Assembly (NCBI GenBank): GCA_964476475.1
Contig: CAYZAT010000001.1
Coordinates: forward strand, 1-58,264
Origin: an uncultured Pirellulales bacterium
GTDB taxonomy: Bacteria; Planctomycetota; Phycisphaerae; Sedimentisphaerales; Anaerobacaceae
Reading direction: 5' to 3'
Length of the DNA: 58,264 nucleotides
Under the pieces are notes generated by a model. The model was not told where the DNA came from. It made no database searches and saw nothing but the letters and a program-made list of their open reading frames with translations. Of this stretch, positions 26,023 through 35,066 are shown piece after piece; within the stretch, counting starts at the first letter, position 1; the number at the start of each line of letters is the position of its first letter. Made by a program: the position numbers and the translations under genes.

Positions 26023-27855
26023 TTATGGGCTCCCAGAAATTATTGTGAGTTTCAGGCCCCAGTCGTTTTTCGATACCTCGGACTGATCAGGAAAATCCGG
26101 CAAAGAAATGTCGCCGCCAGGATCGGCCTTCACGATACCGGCATCGATCCAATCACCGGTTCGCGGATTGAACCATTGGGCCTTGTATTTGCTGCAGAAC
26201 AGCGCACCGGCAAGTTCGGCTTTGGGGCAGTCTTTCTCGAAATACACAAGGAACAGGTCTTTTTTCTCGGTGCGGGCGCAGTACGCCCAGCCGGTGAAGC
26301 CTTTCGGATCGCCCGATTCGTTTGGTTTCAATAGTTCTCTTCTTGGTGCAAGGTCCTGGTATCGGCGTCCTTCGGAGAGGACAAACGCAGCTAAGTGACG
26401 CATTTGGCCGCCGGAGGGCCACGTCATGGCATCCCAGATGTGGTTCTCGGCAGCCTCTTCGACGTTGCCTCCCCAGAGTCCTCCATCCCAGCCTCCCGCA
26501 CCGTAGATGTGGCCGCCAAAGCCGCCGGACAGGACGCTGCCGTACATCCCCGAGCGGCAATACAATGCCGAGTTTGGCGTTCCTCCCGGCGCATCGTGCA
26601 TCCCGGCGTAATAAGGCTCCCCGTTGATGCCCGGCACGGCAGGTGTCGTGTTGAATATTTCCGTTAAGAGCGCGTGGTAGTTGTGCGTTCGCCTGTTGCC
26701 GATCTGATGGAACGTGAGCCACTTGGCTTTATCGACGTGACCGAAGTTTTGCAGGCTGGAGGGATTGGAATTCGTGCCGGCTAAAGTGCCGAAAGCAGGG
26801 GAGCCATATTTTTCAATGACTTGGTTGGCCGCGGCGTTCCAGTCCTCCGCCGGTATCGTCGCAGAGGGCGTGTCGAAATGGATCGGGCTGAACAGGCAGA
26901 TATTGGCCTGGTAGCGGCTCCAGATGTACTGGATATATCGCGCGTACGAATCGGGCCACGGGTAATATTTCTTCCACACGTGCCCGATGTCCCGGCGTGC
27001 CACTTCGACAAAGGGTATAATGCCGTGTGCATTGAGGTAATCGATCTTCTCGTCGAGGTTCTGGAAATACTTGGGATTGATGCGCTCCAGGTCGGGAACG
27101 ATCGTCTCGAAGCCCGGTATCTTGCCCGGAAGGAAGAACGCGCGGTTCCCGTTCTCATCGTGCATGTCCTTGGCACTCTTCGTACCGGGCTGTGGCCAGG
27201 CGGCTCGGATCATCGTGCCGTCCGCAGCCTTGAGCCTGTTCGGCTTGCCGTCGTTGGCCCAATGCGGGAAAGCGGCGATCATGGCCACGCAGTTAAAGCC
27301 TTGTTCTTTGCGAAACCGCACATAGTCCTTGAATCCCGCAGAAGAATCGATAGGACGTTTTTTATTGTCGCTGTGCCATCGGAAACGGAAAGTCGGTGTC
27401 GCCCACCATGTATCGCCAACAAGAAAGAAGGGTGTTCCATCGGCATGCTCGAAGGCGTGACCGTTTGCGGATGCCCTGATCATCCCTCGCCGGCATGGGT
27501 TTTTTTTCTTCTCGGTCTCCCCCCAAGCTATCGCCGCGAACGTACCCGTTTTGCCATTGAGTCCGGCGTCCTGTTGATTCGAGCCGGTACGCCATGACCA
27601 CGTCCCCGGTGTTGTCGCCAGAATGCGGATACGAAATGTATTGTCGCCGTCCCAAAATCCATAACATCGCTTGTTGAATCCCGGACCTTTTACGTCGGCC
27701 CAGACATCCACATCCGTGTACGGATTTTCATAGGATTTGCTCGTGCATAGAGTCATCTCGACTTTTTCCCAGACGTGGTATGTCTGCGCAGAAACGACTC
27801 CGGCTATCATTACCGTGAACAGAATGACTGATCGTGACACCCTATGTTTGACCAT
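26023..27855 (-). CDS. Exported DUF5060 + DUF4038 (GH140-like) glycoside hydrolase
   Basis: After a signal peptide, the N-terminal beta-sandwich reads VWEKVEMTL...YENPYTDVDVWADVKGPGFNKRCYGFWDGDNTFRIR (DUF5060-like). The TIM-barrel part contains GTPFFLVGDTWW (DUF4038/GH140-like). Assignment is from memory of these families. Confidence 0.65.
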   Translation of the reverse strand: MVKHRVSRSVILFTVMIAGVVSAQTYHVWEKVEMTLCTSKSYENPYTDVDVWADVKGPGFNKRCYGFWDGDNTFRIRILATTPGTWSWRTGSNQQDAGLNGKTGTFAAIAWGETEKKKNPCRRGMIRASANGHAFEHADGTPFFLVGDTWWATPTFRFRWHSDNKKRPIDSSAGFKDYVRFRKEQGFNCVAMIAAFPHWANDGKPNRLKAADGTMIRAAWPQPGTKSAKDMHDENGNRAFFLPGKIPGFETIVPDLERINPKYFQNLDEKIDYLNAHGIIPFVEVARRDIGHVWKKYYPWPDSYARYIQYIWSRYQANICLFSPIHFDTPSATIPAEDWNAAANQVIEKYGSPAFGTLAGTNSNPSSLQNFGHVDKAKWLTFHQIGNRRTHNYHALLTEIFNTTPAVPGINGEPYYAGMHDAPGGTPNSALYCRSGMYGSVLSGGFGGHIYGAGGWDGGLWGGNVEEAAENHIWDAMTWPSGGQMRHLAAFVLSEGRRYQDLAPRRELLKPNESGDPKGFTGWAYCARTEKKDLFLVYFEKDCPKAELAGALFCSKYKAQWFNPRTGDWIDAGIVKADPGGDISLPDFPDQSEVSKNDWGLKLTIISGSP

Positions 27856-27879
27856 CGTTTTTTCTCCATGGAGTTTCTC

Positions 27880-29145
27880 TTATTTCGGTCCGATGCAGAA
27901 AAGATTGTGCTCCGAACGCATGAAAAGTTGTTTGTTCGAAACCGCCGGGCTGGCGCAGCACTTTTCATTCAGTTCGTTCTCGGCAAGGACTTTGAATTCC
28001 GGTCCCGCCTCGATGACCGTGGTTTTGCCTTTCTCCGAGAGGAAATAAATCCTCCCCTCTGCCCAGATAGGCGAAGCGGAGTATTTACTCCCGATCCGCT
28101 CTCTCCACAGAACGTCCCCGGTTGTCGCCTTCAGGCACCTCGCCACGCCGGTATCGTTGACTATAAACAGGTAAGGCTTGAGGTATAGCATGGATGGAAC
28201 CTTCGGCACGTCTTTCCTTGACGTCCATGCCATGTGCGTATCAGTAACATCGCCCTGGCCGCCCGTGCGGACGACTCGAATGGTCGAGTCTCCAAAACCC
28301 GACGCGGTGAAAATCAGACCCTCACCGAGGACGACCGAGGGCACGACGCCTTCGCCCGGACTCGATGCCGTCCAGATTCGCCGGCCGTTCGTCAAATCGA
28401 AACCCTGTATAACATTTCCGGCGGCGCTGATGAGCCGGTCTTTGCCGTTTTCCGTAAGAATCTGAGGTGTGACATGGGCAATACAGGACAGGCCGCGCTT
28501 GCCTTCCCATCGGACCTTGCCGGTGTTTTTATCCAGTGCCACGATCACGGCCTTGTCCCAGGGTTTTTGCCAGCCGAGCTTTTTGTCCGGCCCCGAACTG
28601 CTGCCGTCGAAGGCCACAATTACGAGGTCTTTATAAAGAACGGGCGATACGGCTAATCCATGCTCGCTGAAATGCTCGTGATCCCGGTAGGTCCAGATGA
28701 CGGTTCCGTCCATCGCCACCGCCGCAATGCTCCCGTCGCACGCGATGGCGTACACCATCCGTCCATCCGTCGCCGGCGTGGACGAGGCGTATGAGTTAAA
28801 TTGTTGTTTGTGGCCGGGCTTTTGCCGGAGCACGTGCTTATTCCAAAGAACGGCCCCGGTTGAGCGATCCAGACACAGCAGGCGGAATGAGGTGGCTTTC
28901 TCCGTCGCCGCCGTGACGAAGACACGATTGCCGAACACAATCGGCGACGACCAGCCTTCTCCCGGAATCGGCGTTTTCCAGGCGATATTTGAGGTCGCGC
29001 TCCATTTTAAGGGAACCTCTTTTTCGTGGGATATCCCTTGTCGGCTCGGTCCGCGAAAACACGGCCAGTTCTCAGCATAGGACACGCTCGCCCGGGCGGC
29101 TATGAAAGCTAACAGCCCACATACATAGAGTCTCTTGATTGTCAT
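27880..29145 (-). CDS. Exported PQQ-like (BamB-type) beta-propeller repeat protein
   Basis: The sequence is WPCFRGPSRQGIS...WKTPIPGEGWSSPIVFGNRVFV, with repeated G.V.A.D..TG...W blades. I chose the start at ATG 29145 (MTIKRLYVCGLLAFIAARASV). Confidence 0.8.
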   Translation of the reverse strand: MTIKRLYVCGLLAFIAARASVSYAENWPCFRGPSRQGISHEKEVPLKWSATSNIAWKTPIPGEGWSSPIVFGNRVFVTAATEKATSFRLLCLDRSTGAVLWNKHVLRQKPGHKQQFNSYASSTPATDGRMVYAIACDGSIAAVAMDGTVIWTYRDHEHFSEHGLAVSPVLYKDLVIVAFDGSSSGPDKKLGWQKPWDKAVIVALDKNTGKVRWEGKRGLSCIAHVTPQILTENGKDRLISAAGNVIQGFDLTNGRRIWTASSPGEGVVPSVVLGEGLIFTASGFGDSTIRVVRTGGQGDVTDTHMAWTSRKDVPKVPSMLYLKPYLFIVNDTGVARCLKATTGDVLWRERIGSKYSASPIWAEGRIYFLSEKGKTTVIEAGPEFKVLAENELNEKCCASPAVSNKQLFMRSEHNLFCIGPK

Positions 29146-29609
29146 TTGAAATGGGCACCTCCGAAAGCACAATACGACATTATAAATAGTAAATTCATTG
29201 TTTCCCTTGACAATGTCCTAATAATACGACACCAGATGTTAGCAGCTTTACGCAACGAATGCAATTGTCTATGGTTTTGTTCATGAATGCTTTGAATGAG
29301 CAGCGTTGGGCGCTCGGAGATTGCATCTTATTTTCTTGAATTTCCGAAAAATCGTCGTTAGGATGGATCTTCGATGAGTGTATGAGTGATCCTTGGCATC
29401 AAATAATGGGGTTGAGTTAAACAACTTCCTAAATTGACAGGGGGAAGTCAAACGATATGAACGAATCGCTCGCCAGTCGCCATAGCGGGATCAATATCGG
29501 CTGTGTTCATTGCCACGGCAAACACTGGTTGCAGGCCGGCACTACTAACCGGGACGAAAAAGGCGGCAAGCTGCTCCGAACGAATAGACGAGATTTATAG
29601 GTTTCTCAT

Positions 29610-32600
29610 ATGAAATCTTCACTTTTCGCTGTGTTTTTGATTGTTTCTTCGTCGATCTGCCTCTGTGCAGAGCCGGCTAAGGAATCGGTAACGAGCCCTG
29701 TCGAGCGGCAAGATGCAAACACGGTCGGTGATATCGTTCCAGTTCCCCAAGGTGTTCCTGCTACTAATGGCGCAGCTCAACTCACGCTTGAAGGGCTCCA
29801 GGCAGTCAAGAAGAAAATCGGTGAATCGACGGAATTGAGTGACGACGTCAAAGCGAAAGTCGGTGAAGTCTATGACAAGGCGATAGTCCAGTTAACATCC
29901 GCCAATGATTTTGAATCTAAGAAACAGCAGTACAGTCAGACGCGGGCGGATGTACCGAATACACTGGTCAAAACCAAAGACTTGCTGGCTCAACAAGCGA
30001 CTATCGCACCCCCGGAAGCCGGACCTCAAATTACCCTGGCACAGGCCGAGCAGGCACTGGCCGTTGCACGATTGGCCCTTGAGGAAGCCAGGAAAAACGT
30101 CGCCAATTGGGAAAATGAGCCGAAGCGAAGAGCCGAGCGGAGAACGAAGATACCGGAGGAATCAAACAGTGCCATACAAAGGCTTAGTGAGATCGACGCT
30201 CAGCTTGCCGCTCCGGTGCCCGAGGGGCAGGCGGCCGAATTGATGCAGGCGAACAGGACTTTGTTACTTGCTCAGCAGCGGGCGATAGGAAGTCAGATCG
30301 CCAGCAATACAGAGGAACTGCTGTTTTACGATGCTGCCGTCGGTCTGTTGGCCACTCGAAGGGACCTTGCGGCCCGACAACAGGCTGCGGCGGAGAAGGT
30401 CGTAGAATTCTGGCAGCACAAGGTGAACGACCTGAGACAGAAGGAAGCAGAGGCGGCCAAAAAGGAAGCCATCCGCGCCAAAGAAGAGACAAAGTACCCC
30501 GTGGTCCAGGCCATCGCCGAAAAAAATGCGGAACTGGCGGGTATCCAGGCCGAGCTAACGGCCAAGATTCAAGCTGTCACGAAGTATTCTGAGGTGATCG
30601 ATGGGAACCTCGCGGCCGTTAAGAAAAAGTTCGAAGAGATTCGCTCCAAAGTCGAGACCGCCGGAAAGGTGACCGACGTTTTGGGAATGGTTCTGCTGGC
30701 CCATCGCGACAAGCTACCCAATATCAGCAAAAACCTGCGACGGTTGAAAGGGCGGGCTTCGGAAATTTCATTGGCTCAGTTTAATGCCATGGAGCGCGAT
30801 AGGGAGTGGTCCGATCTGAGCAATCTTACCGACGAGATCGATGGGATCCTCGCTCAACTCGATCCTTCCGTCGGCGAGGCGGAGCGCGAGCTTATCAAAA
30901 AACAGGCTACGGACTACTACGAAAATCAACGTAAAACGTTAAGGGTCATCGCCGACCTTTATGGGAACTACAGCGCGGTGCTGGCGAATCTTGACACCAA
31001 AGAACGCCAATATGTAGAGACGGTACAAGATTATACCGACTTCATCGATGCAAACATTTTTTGGGTTAAAAGTAGTCCGCCATTACGTTTGTCCGATTTT
31101 CGCACGAGCGTTTCGGTTATACGCTGGCTGTTGTCCGGAACCCACTGGCGTGAAGCGGTCGGTTTTTTATGGTCGGACGTCAAGAAAAACATCGCCGTTT
31201 ATCTGGCGGCCTTGTTGGTTGTTCTCTTGTTGATCGCGCTTCATCCGAAAGCACATGGAATTGTCACGGTTCTATCCGAGCAAGTCCGTCAGGTACAGAC
31301 GGATAGTTTTGTCCATACGTTCAAGGTTCTTGCCCTGACGGTTTTTCTGGCGGCGACGTGGCCTGTTGCCCTTTTTCTATTTCAGTGGCGGCTGTCCATC
31401 GCTGCGCCGGATCATGATTTCTCCCAGGCGCTGGCTTCGGGTTTGATGGGATTGGTGCCTGTCGTCTTCATGCTTTGTTTTTTGAGGCACTTTGCCATGC
31501 CCCACGGTCTGGCCCAGGATCACTTGCGGATGCGACAGGAACCGATCTCTTTCTTTCGGCGATTACTCGGCTGGTATTTTGCATTAGCGATTCCGATCAT
31601 TTTCATCGTTCGTGTCATGCACGCTCAACAGACCGACGAACAATGGTATCACTCCGCGGGCCGTTTGTTTTTCATCGTTCACCTTATCGTACTTGCCCTT
31701 CTGCAGCTTGTGTTATTGCGCCCCGCGGGCCCGCTGATGGAGCCGTACCTCCGGCAAAGACAGGGCGGCTGGTTGGAGCGCCTGCGCTATGTCTGGTACC
31801 CGTTGTGTTTTATCCTGCCGGTTGTATTTGCCGTTCTGGCGGGCATCGGTTACTTCTACGCGGCGCGGAATCTGTTTGTGAAGCTGGTGGTTACCATTTT
31901 GCTGATTCTGCTGACGATTTTCGTCCGAGCTTTATTTTTCCGCTGGTTGATGGTGGTCCAGCGACGACTCGCCCTGTTAGAGCGGCAGAAGCGAGAAGCC
32001 GTCGAGCAGGAGATTCAGGAGCAGGGGGAATCTGCCGACACGACCGAGCCGCAACAGAGTAAATCGAGAGACAATGAGGCGACTATTTTTCATCTCTCGC
32101 GGCAAACCCGGCGATTGATCGATGCGGTCACGATGCTCATTCCATTAGGTGGAATCTGGTATGTTTGGAAGGATGTCCTACCGGCTCTGGGGGCTCTGGC
32201 GGGCATTGAACTATGGCGATTGGGCGATGCTCAGGCCGTAACGCTTGGATCGTTGGTAATGGCCCTTATTATCGTTACGCTTACTGTCATCGCGACTCGG
32301 AACGCGCCCGGATTGCTGGAGATCGTTATACTGAGGCGGCTTCCGTTCGACCGTGGCGTGCGTTTCGCCGTCACGACGATTTTCCGCTACACTCTGGCCG
32401 TCATCGGTATTGTGCTGGCGTTCGGGGAAATCGGCATCGGCTGGTCGAAAGTCCAATGGCTCATCGCGGCTATGACCGTCGGACTGGGCTTTGGCTTGCA
32501 GGAAATTTTTGCCAACTTCGTCAGCGGCCTGATTATCCTTTTCGAGCAGCCCATCCGGGTTGATGATGTCGTGACCATCGGCGACGTGACGGGAACCGTC

Positions 32601-33053
32601 ACAAAAATCAGGATACGAGCCACGACGATTCGCCGATGGGACCAGCGAGAGCTTGTCGTTCCGAACAAAGAGTTCATTACCGGACGTCTCATCAACTGGA
32701 CGTTGTCGGACAATATCCTGCGCCGAGAATTTGTTGTAGGTATCGCTTATGGCTCCGATACCGCCAAGGCAGAAGCCGTTCTCTATGAGGTAGCCGGAGC
32801 GCACCCGCTGGTTTTAAAGGATCCGAAGCCTGTGGTGATCTTTAAAAATTTTGGAAATAGCAGCTTGGAGTTCGAGTTGCGCGTGTTTATTTCGGGTATA
32901 GAAAATTATGTTCCCGTTTGGCATGACATCAACTTTGCCATCGATCAGGCTTTCCGGAAGGCTGGTATTGAGATCGCTTTTCCACAGCATGATCTTCATG
33001 TGCGTTCAGTGGATGCAAACATCGCCATGAATCCATATAGGCCGTCTGAGTAG
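29610..33053 (+). CDS. mscK: MscK/KefA-type large mechanosensitive channel (MscS family with a long periplasmic coiled-coil N-terminal domain)
   Basis: The 1147-aa protein has a signal peptide and a ~480-aa Q/A/E/K-rich coiled-coil region, then about 11 TM segments. The MscS core reads GLGFGLQEIFANFVSGLIILFEQPIRVDDVVTIGDVTGTVTKIRIRATTIRRWD. Confidence 0.85.
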   Translation: MKSSLFAVFLIVSSSICLCAEPAKESVTSPVERQDANTVGDIVPVPQGVPATNGAAQLTLEGLQAVKKKIGESTELSDDVKAKVGEVYDKAIVQLTSANDFESKKQQYSQTRADVPNTLVKTKDLLAQQATIAPPEAGPQITLAQAEQALAVARLALEEARKNVANWENEPKRRAERRTKIPEESNSAIQRLSEIDAQLAAPVPEGQAAELMQANRTLLLAQQRAIGSQIASNTEELLFYDAAVGLLATRRDLAARQQAAAEKVVEFWQHKVNDLRQKEAEAAKKEAIRAKEETKYPVVQAIAEKNAELAGIQAELTAKIQAVTKYSEVIDGNLAAVKKKFEEIRSKVETAGKVTDVLGMVLLAHRDKLPNISKNLRRLKGRASEISLAQFNAMERDREWSDLSNLTDEIDGILAQLDPSVGEAERELIKKQATDYYENQRKTLRVIADLYGNYSAVLANLDTKERQYVETVQDYTDFIDANIFWVKSSPPLRLSDFRTSVSVIRWLLSGTHWREAVGFLWSDVKKNIAVYLAALLVVLLLIALHPKAHGIVTVLSEQVRQVQTDSFVHTFKVLALTVFLAATWPVALFLFQWRLSIAAPDHDFSQALASGLMGLVPVVFMLCFLRHFAMPHGLAQDHLRMRQEPISFFRRLLGWYFALAIPIIFIVRVMHAQQTDEQWYHSAGRLFFIVHLIVLALLQLVLLRPAGPLMEPYLRQRQGGWLERLRYVWYPLCFILPVVFAVLAGIGYFYAARNLFVKLVVTILLILLTIFVRALFFRWLMVVQRRLALLERQKREAVEQEIQEQGESADTTEPQQSKSRDNEATIFHLSRQTRRLIDAVTMLIPLGGIWYVWKDVLPALGALAGIELWRLGDAQAVTLGSLVMALIIVTLTVIATRNAPGLLEIVILRRLPFDRGVRFAVTTIFRYTLAVIGIVLAFGEIGIGWSKVQWLIAAMTVGLGFGLQEIFANFVSGLIILFEQPIRVDDVVTIGDVTGTVTKIRIRATTIRRWDQRELVVPNKEFITGRLINWTLSDNILRREFVVGIAYGSDTAKAEAVLYEVAGAHPLVLKDPKPVVIFKNFGNSSLEFELRVFISGIENYVPVWHDINFAIDQAFRKAGIEIAFPQHDLHVRSVDANIAMNPYRPSE

Positions 33054-33151
33054 CTGTTTGTCTCTCTTTCGCAGTTTTTCTAAACAAAGACCATTGTTTT
33101 CCCGTATGTTTGATAGAAAATAATGTCAAAACGTATTAAAGGATCGTAACG

Positions 33152-34690
33152 ATGGAAAAAAGGCGGCATATCAGAGTTTTGCGTTGGCCCGTATTCATCA
33201 TTCTTTTGCTTGTTATTGTGGGCGGGAGCATCGGAGCGCTTTCCCGCTCTCGAAATACATCGAGCGCGAGCGCGGCCGGGTCCCCTTCCCCTTTGCTGAT
33301 TGATGATTTTTCGACCAATCGTTCAACCCCAAAAGCCGGGAAGGGATGGGAATTTGTTTCCGACCGGGTTATGGGGGGCATGTCAGTCGGAAGGATAGAA
33401 TACGGTATGGTGGACGGCCGGTCGTGCCTTCGCTTAGTGGGTTCGGTTCTGTTGGAGAATAACGGAGGCTTTATTCAGGCCCGCGGAACGCTCGGTCCCG
33501 GGGGCAGAAATTTTAATGCTCATGCGTACAAAGGTATCAAGCTGAGTGTCAAGGGCAATCGCCAGACGTACGCCATTCATTTAGGAACGAGAGATACCCG
33601 GCTGCCCTGGCAATTTTACGAGGCGCCCTTTTCAACCGATGAGTCGTGGCAGGAGATTCAGATTCCCTTTGAGACGTTCAAGCCGAATTCGTTGCGAAAG
33701 CCGCTCAATATCAAGGCCCTCACTACGCTTGCGGTCGTGGCGAAAGGAAGGAAATTCGACGCCGATATTCGTGTGGACAACATCGCTTTCTATAAGGACA
33801 CAGCCATGTACAAGAAACTCACCCCGGAAGAGGAACGGGTCATCCTTCATAAAGGCACGGAAAGGCCGTTCACCGGCAGATACGTCAATCATTTTGCAGA
33901 CGGGACGTATACGTGTAAGCAATGCGGTGCAAAGCTTTTCGATTCTTCCAGCAAGTTTCATTCTAACTGCGGCTGGCCGAGCTTCGACGACCAAATCAAA
34001 GGGACCGTGAAAATGCAACCCGACGCCGACGGCGTCCGAACGGAAATTGTCTGTGCCAACTGCGGAGGCCATCTCGGCCATGTATTTAAAGGAGAGCGAC
34101 TGACCTCCAAGAACACGCGCTACTGTGTGAATTCGATTTCGATGGATTTTGTTCCCGAAGGACAAGACCAATCCCCAACCGCAAGCTCTGCTGAATCCGA
34201 GAAGCCCAAACAGGAAAGAGCGATTTTCGCTTCGGGATGTTTCTGGGGAACAGAGTATCATCTGCAAAAAGTTCCCGGCGTGATATCCACGACCGTTGGC
34301 TATACGGGGGGACGGACAAAAAATCCGACCTACAAACAAGTGTGCACGGACAAAACGGGCCACGCCGAAGCGGTTGAAGTGGTCTATGATCCGTCGAAAA
34401 CGAATTACGAGCAGTTGGCCCGTTTATTCTTCGAGACGCACGACTTCACTCAGCTAAATCGCCAGGGACCCGACGTGGGTAAGCAATACCGTTCCGCCGT
34501 ATTCTATCTCGATGAAAAGCAGAAAGACGTTGCCGCCGGACTGATTGCGACCCTGAAGAAGAAGGGATTCGACGTGAAAACCGAACTGACGCCCGCGTCG
34601 AAATTCTGGCCCGCTGAACTCTATCATCAGGATTACTACAAGAAAAACGGAAAAACACCGTATTGCCACATCTATCGGAAGATCTTTTGA
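33152..34690 (+). CDS. Membrane-anchored CIA30-like domain fused to MsrB and MsrA (methionine sulfoxide reductase B/A)
   Basis: The N-terminal TM segment is VLRWPVFIILLLVIVGGSIGAL. The CIA30-like region reads LIDDFS...GWEFVSDRVMGGMS...NGGFIQAR...VDNIAFY. MsrB shows CKQCG...CANCGGHLGHVF...RYCVNS. MsrA shows FASGCFWGTEYH...YHQDYY. Confidence 0.85.
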   Translation: MEKRRHIRVLRWPVFIILLLVIVGGSIGALSRSRNTSSASAAGSPSPLLIDDFSTNRSTPKAGKGWEFVSDRVMGGMSVGRIEYGMVDGRSCLRLVGSVLLENNGGFIQARGTLGPGGRNFNAHAYKGIKLSVKGNRQTYAIHLGTRDTRLPWQFYEAPFSTDESWQEIQIPFETFKPNSLRKPLNIKALTTLAVVAKGRKFDADIRVDNIAFYKDTAMYKKLTPEEERVILHKGTERPFTGRYVNHFADGTYTCKQCGAKLFDSSSKFHSNCGWPSFDDQIKGTVKMQPDADGVRTEIVCANCGGHLGHVFKGERLTSKNTRYCVNSISMDFVPEGQDQSPTASSAESEKPKQERAIFASGCFWGTEYHLQKVPGVISTTVGYTGGRTKNPTYKQVCTDKTGHAEAVEVVYDPSKTNYEQLARLFFETHDFTQLNRQGPDVGKQYRSAVFYLDEKQKDVAAGLIATLKKKGFDVKTELTPASKFWPAELYHQDYYKKNGKTPYCHIYRKIF

Positions 34691-34776
34691 ATTTGATTTT
34701 GGATGCTCGATATTCGACGGCTGATAATGACGAGAATTTGAAGTAGCATTTCTTGCCTCAAAATCCGCTTTTTTTC

Positions 34777-34806
34777 TTGACGCCAACCCGGTTTGTCGAG
34801 TATAAG
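34777..34806 (+). promoter_or_regulatory. Sigma70-type promoter TTGACG-N18-TATAAG for family member D
   Basis: The sequence is tttttttcTTGACGccaacccggtttgtcgagTATAAGtag, with an 18-nt spacer and a T7 tract directly upstream of the -35. It lies about 260 nt upstream of ATG 35067. Confidence 0.5.
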
Positions 34807-34903
34807 TAGTATTCAAGGTTCGTTGGATTATCGGACCTCAAGCAGAGGATGTGTATTCAGTTGATGGCTTTGTTTCTCGGAAAAATCGCCCTTATGGGGG
34901 ATT

Positions 34904-34994
34904 GGGATGGGCAGAAAGGAGGTCATGACATGTCGAAATGAATTGGTCCGGGCAGCTACGGATCAAGCACGTCGAAAATGAAGCCGAAAATGAT
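34904..34994 (+). promoter_or_regulatory. Conserved 5' leader block of the family (copy D)
   Basis: The sequence gggatgggcagaaaggaggtcatgacatgtcgaaatgaattggtccgggcagctacggatcaagcacgtcgaaaatgaagccgaaaatga aligns with the A and C copies. Confidence 0.45.
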
Positions 34995-35066
34995 AATCGG
35001 CGGCTTCGGTGCGTGACCGGAGCGAAATTTCCAATCAGTTTTCGGTTAGAAGAAGGAGGCAACACA

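Noticed and set aside
27500-27507. A8/T8 homopolymer inside the GH140-like gene as a phase-variation tract.
   Set aside because: It is a single short tract encoding Lys-Lys-Lys in an intact frame. There is no evidence of variability and no comparable tracts in the neighbouring genes.
34904-34994. Conserved leader peptide (uORF) in the family leader. D and C can each be read as an 18-codon ORF ending at the same TGA and sharing a TDQ motif.
   Set aside because: The C version would need a TTG start directly abutting the SD. The A copy has no equivalent frame or stop, and E encodes an unrelated 16-mer. The conservation looks nucleotide-level rather than peptide-level, so I report only the leader block and mention the mini-ORFs.
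34938-35066. Longer start for member D at 34938 (the track ORF), and similarly 37753 for E, 42112 for G, 47681 for GH2 and 56188 for DUF58.
   Set aside because: The upstream extensions lack signal peptides, lie in the conserved leader or repeat sequence or inside the preceding gene. In each case a downstream ATG has a good Shine-Dalgarno sequence and gives a proper signal peptide or an ATGA coupling.
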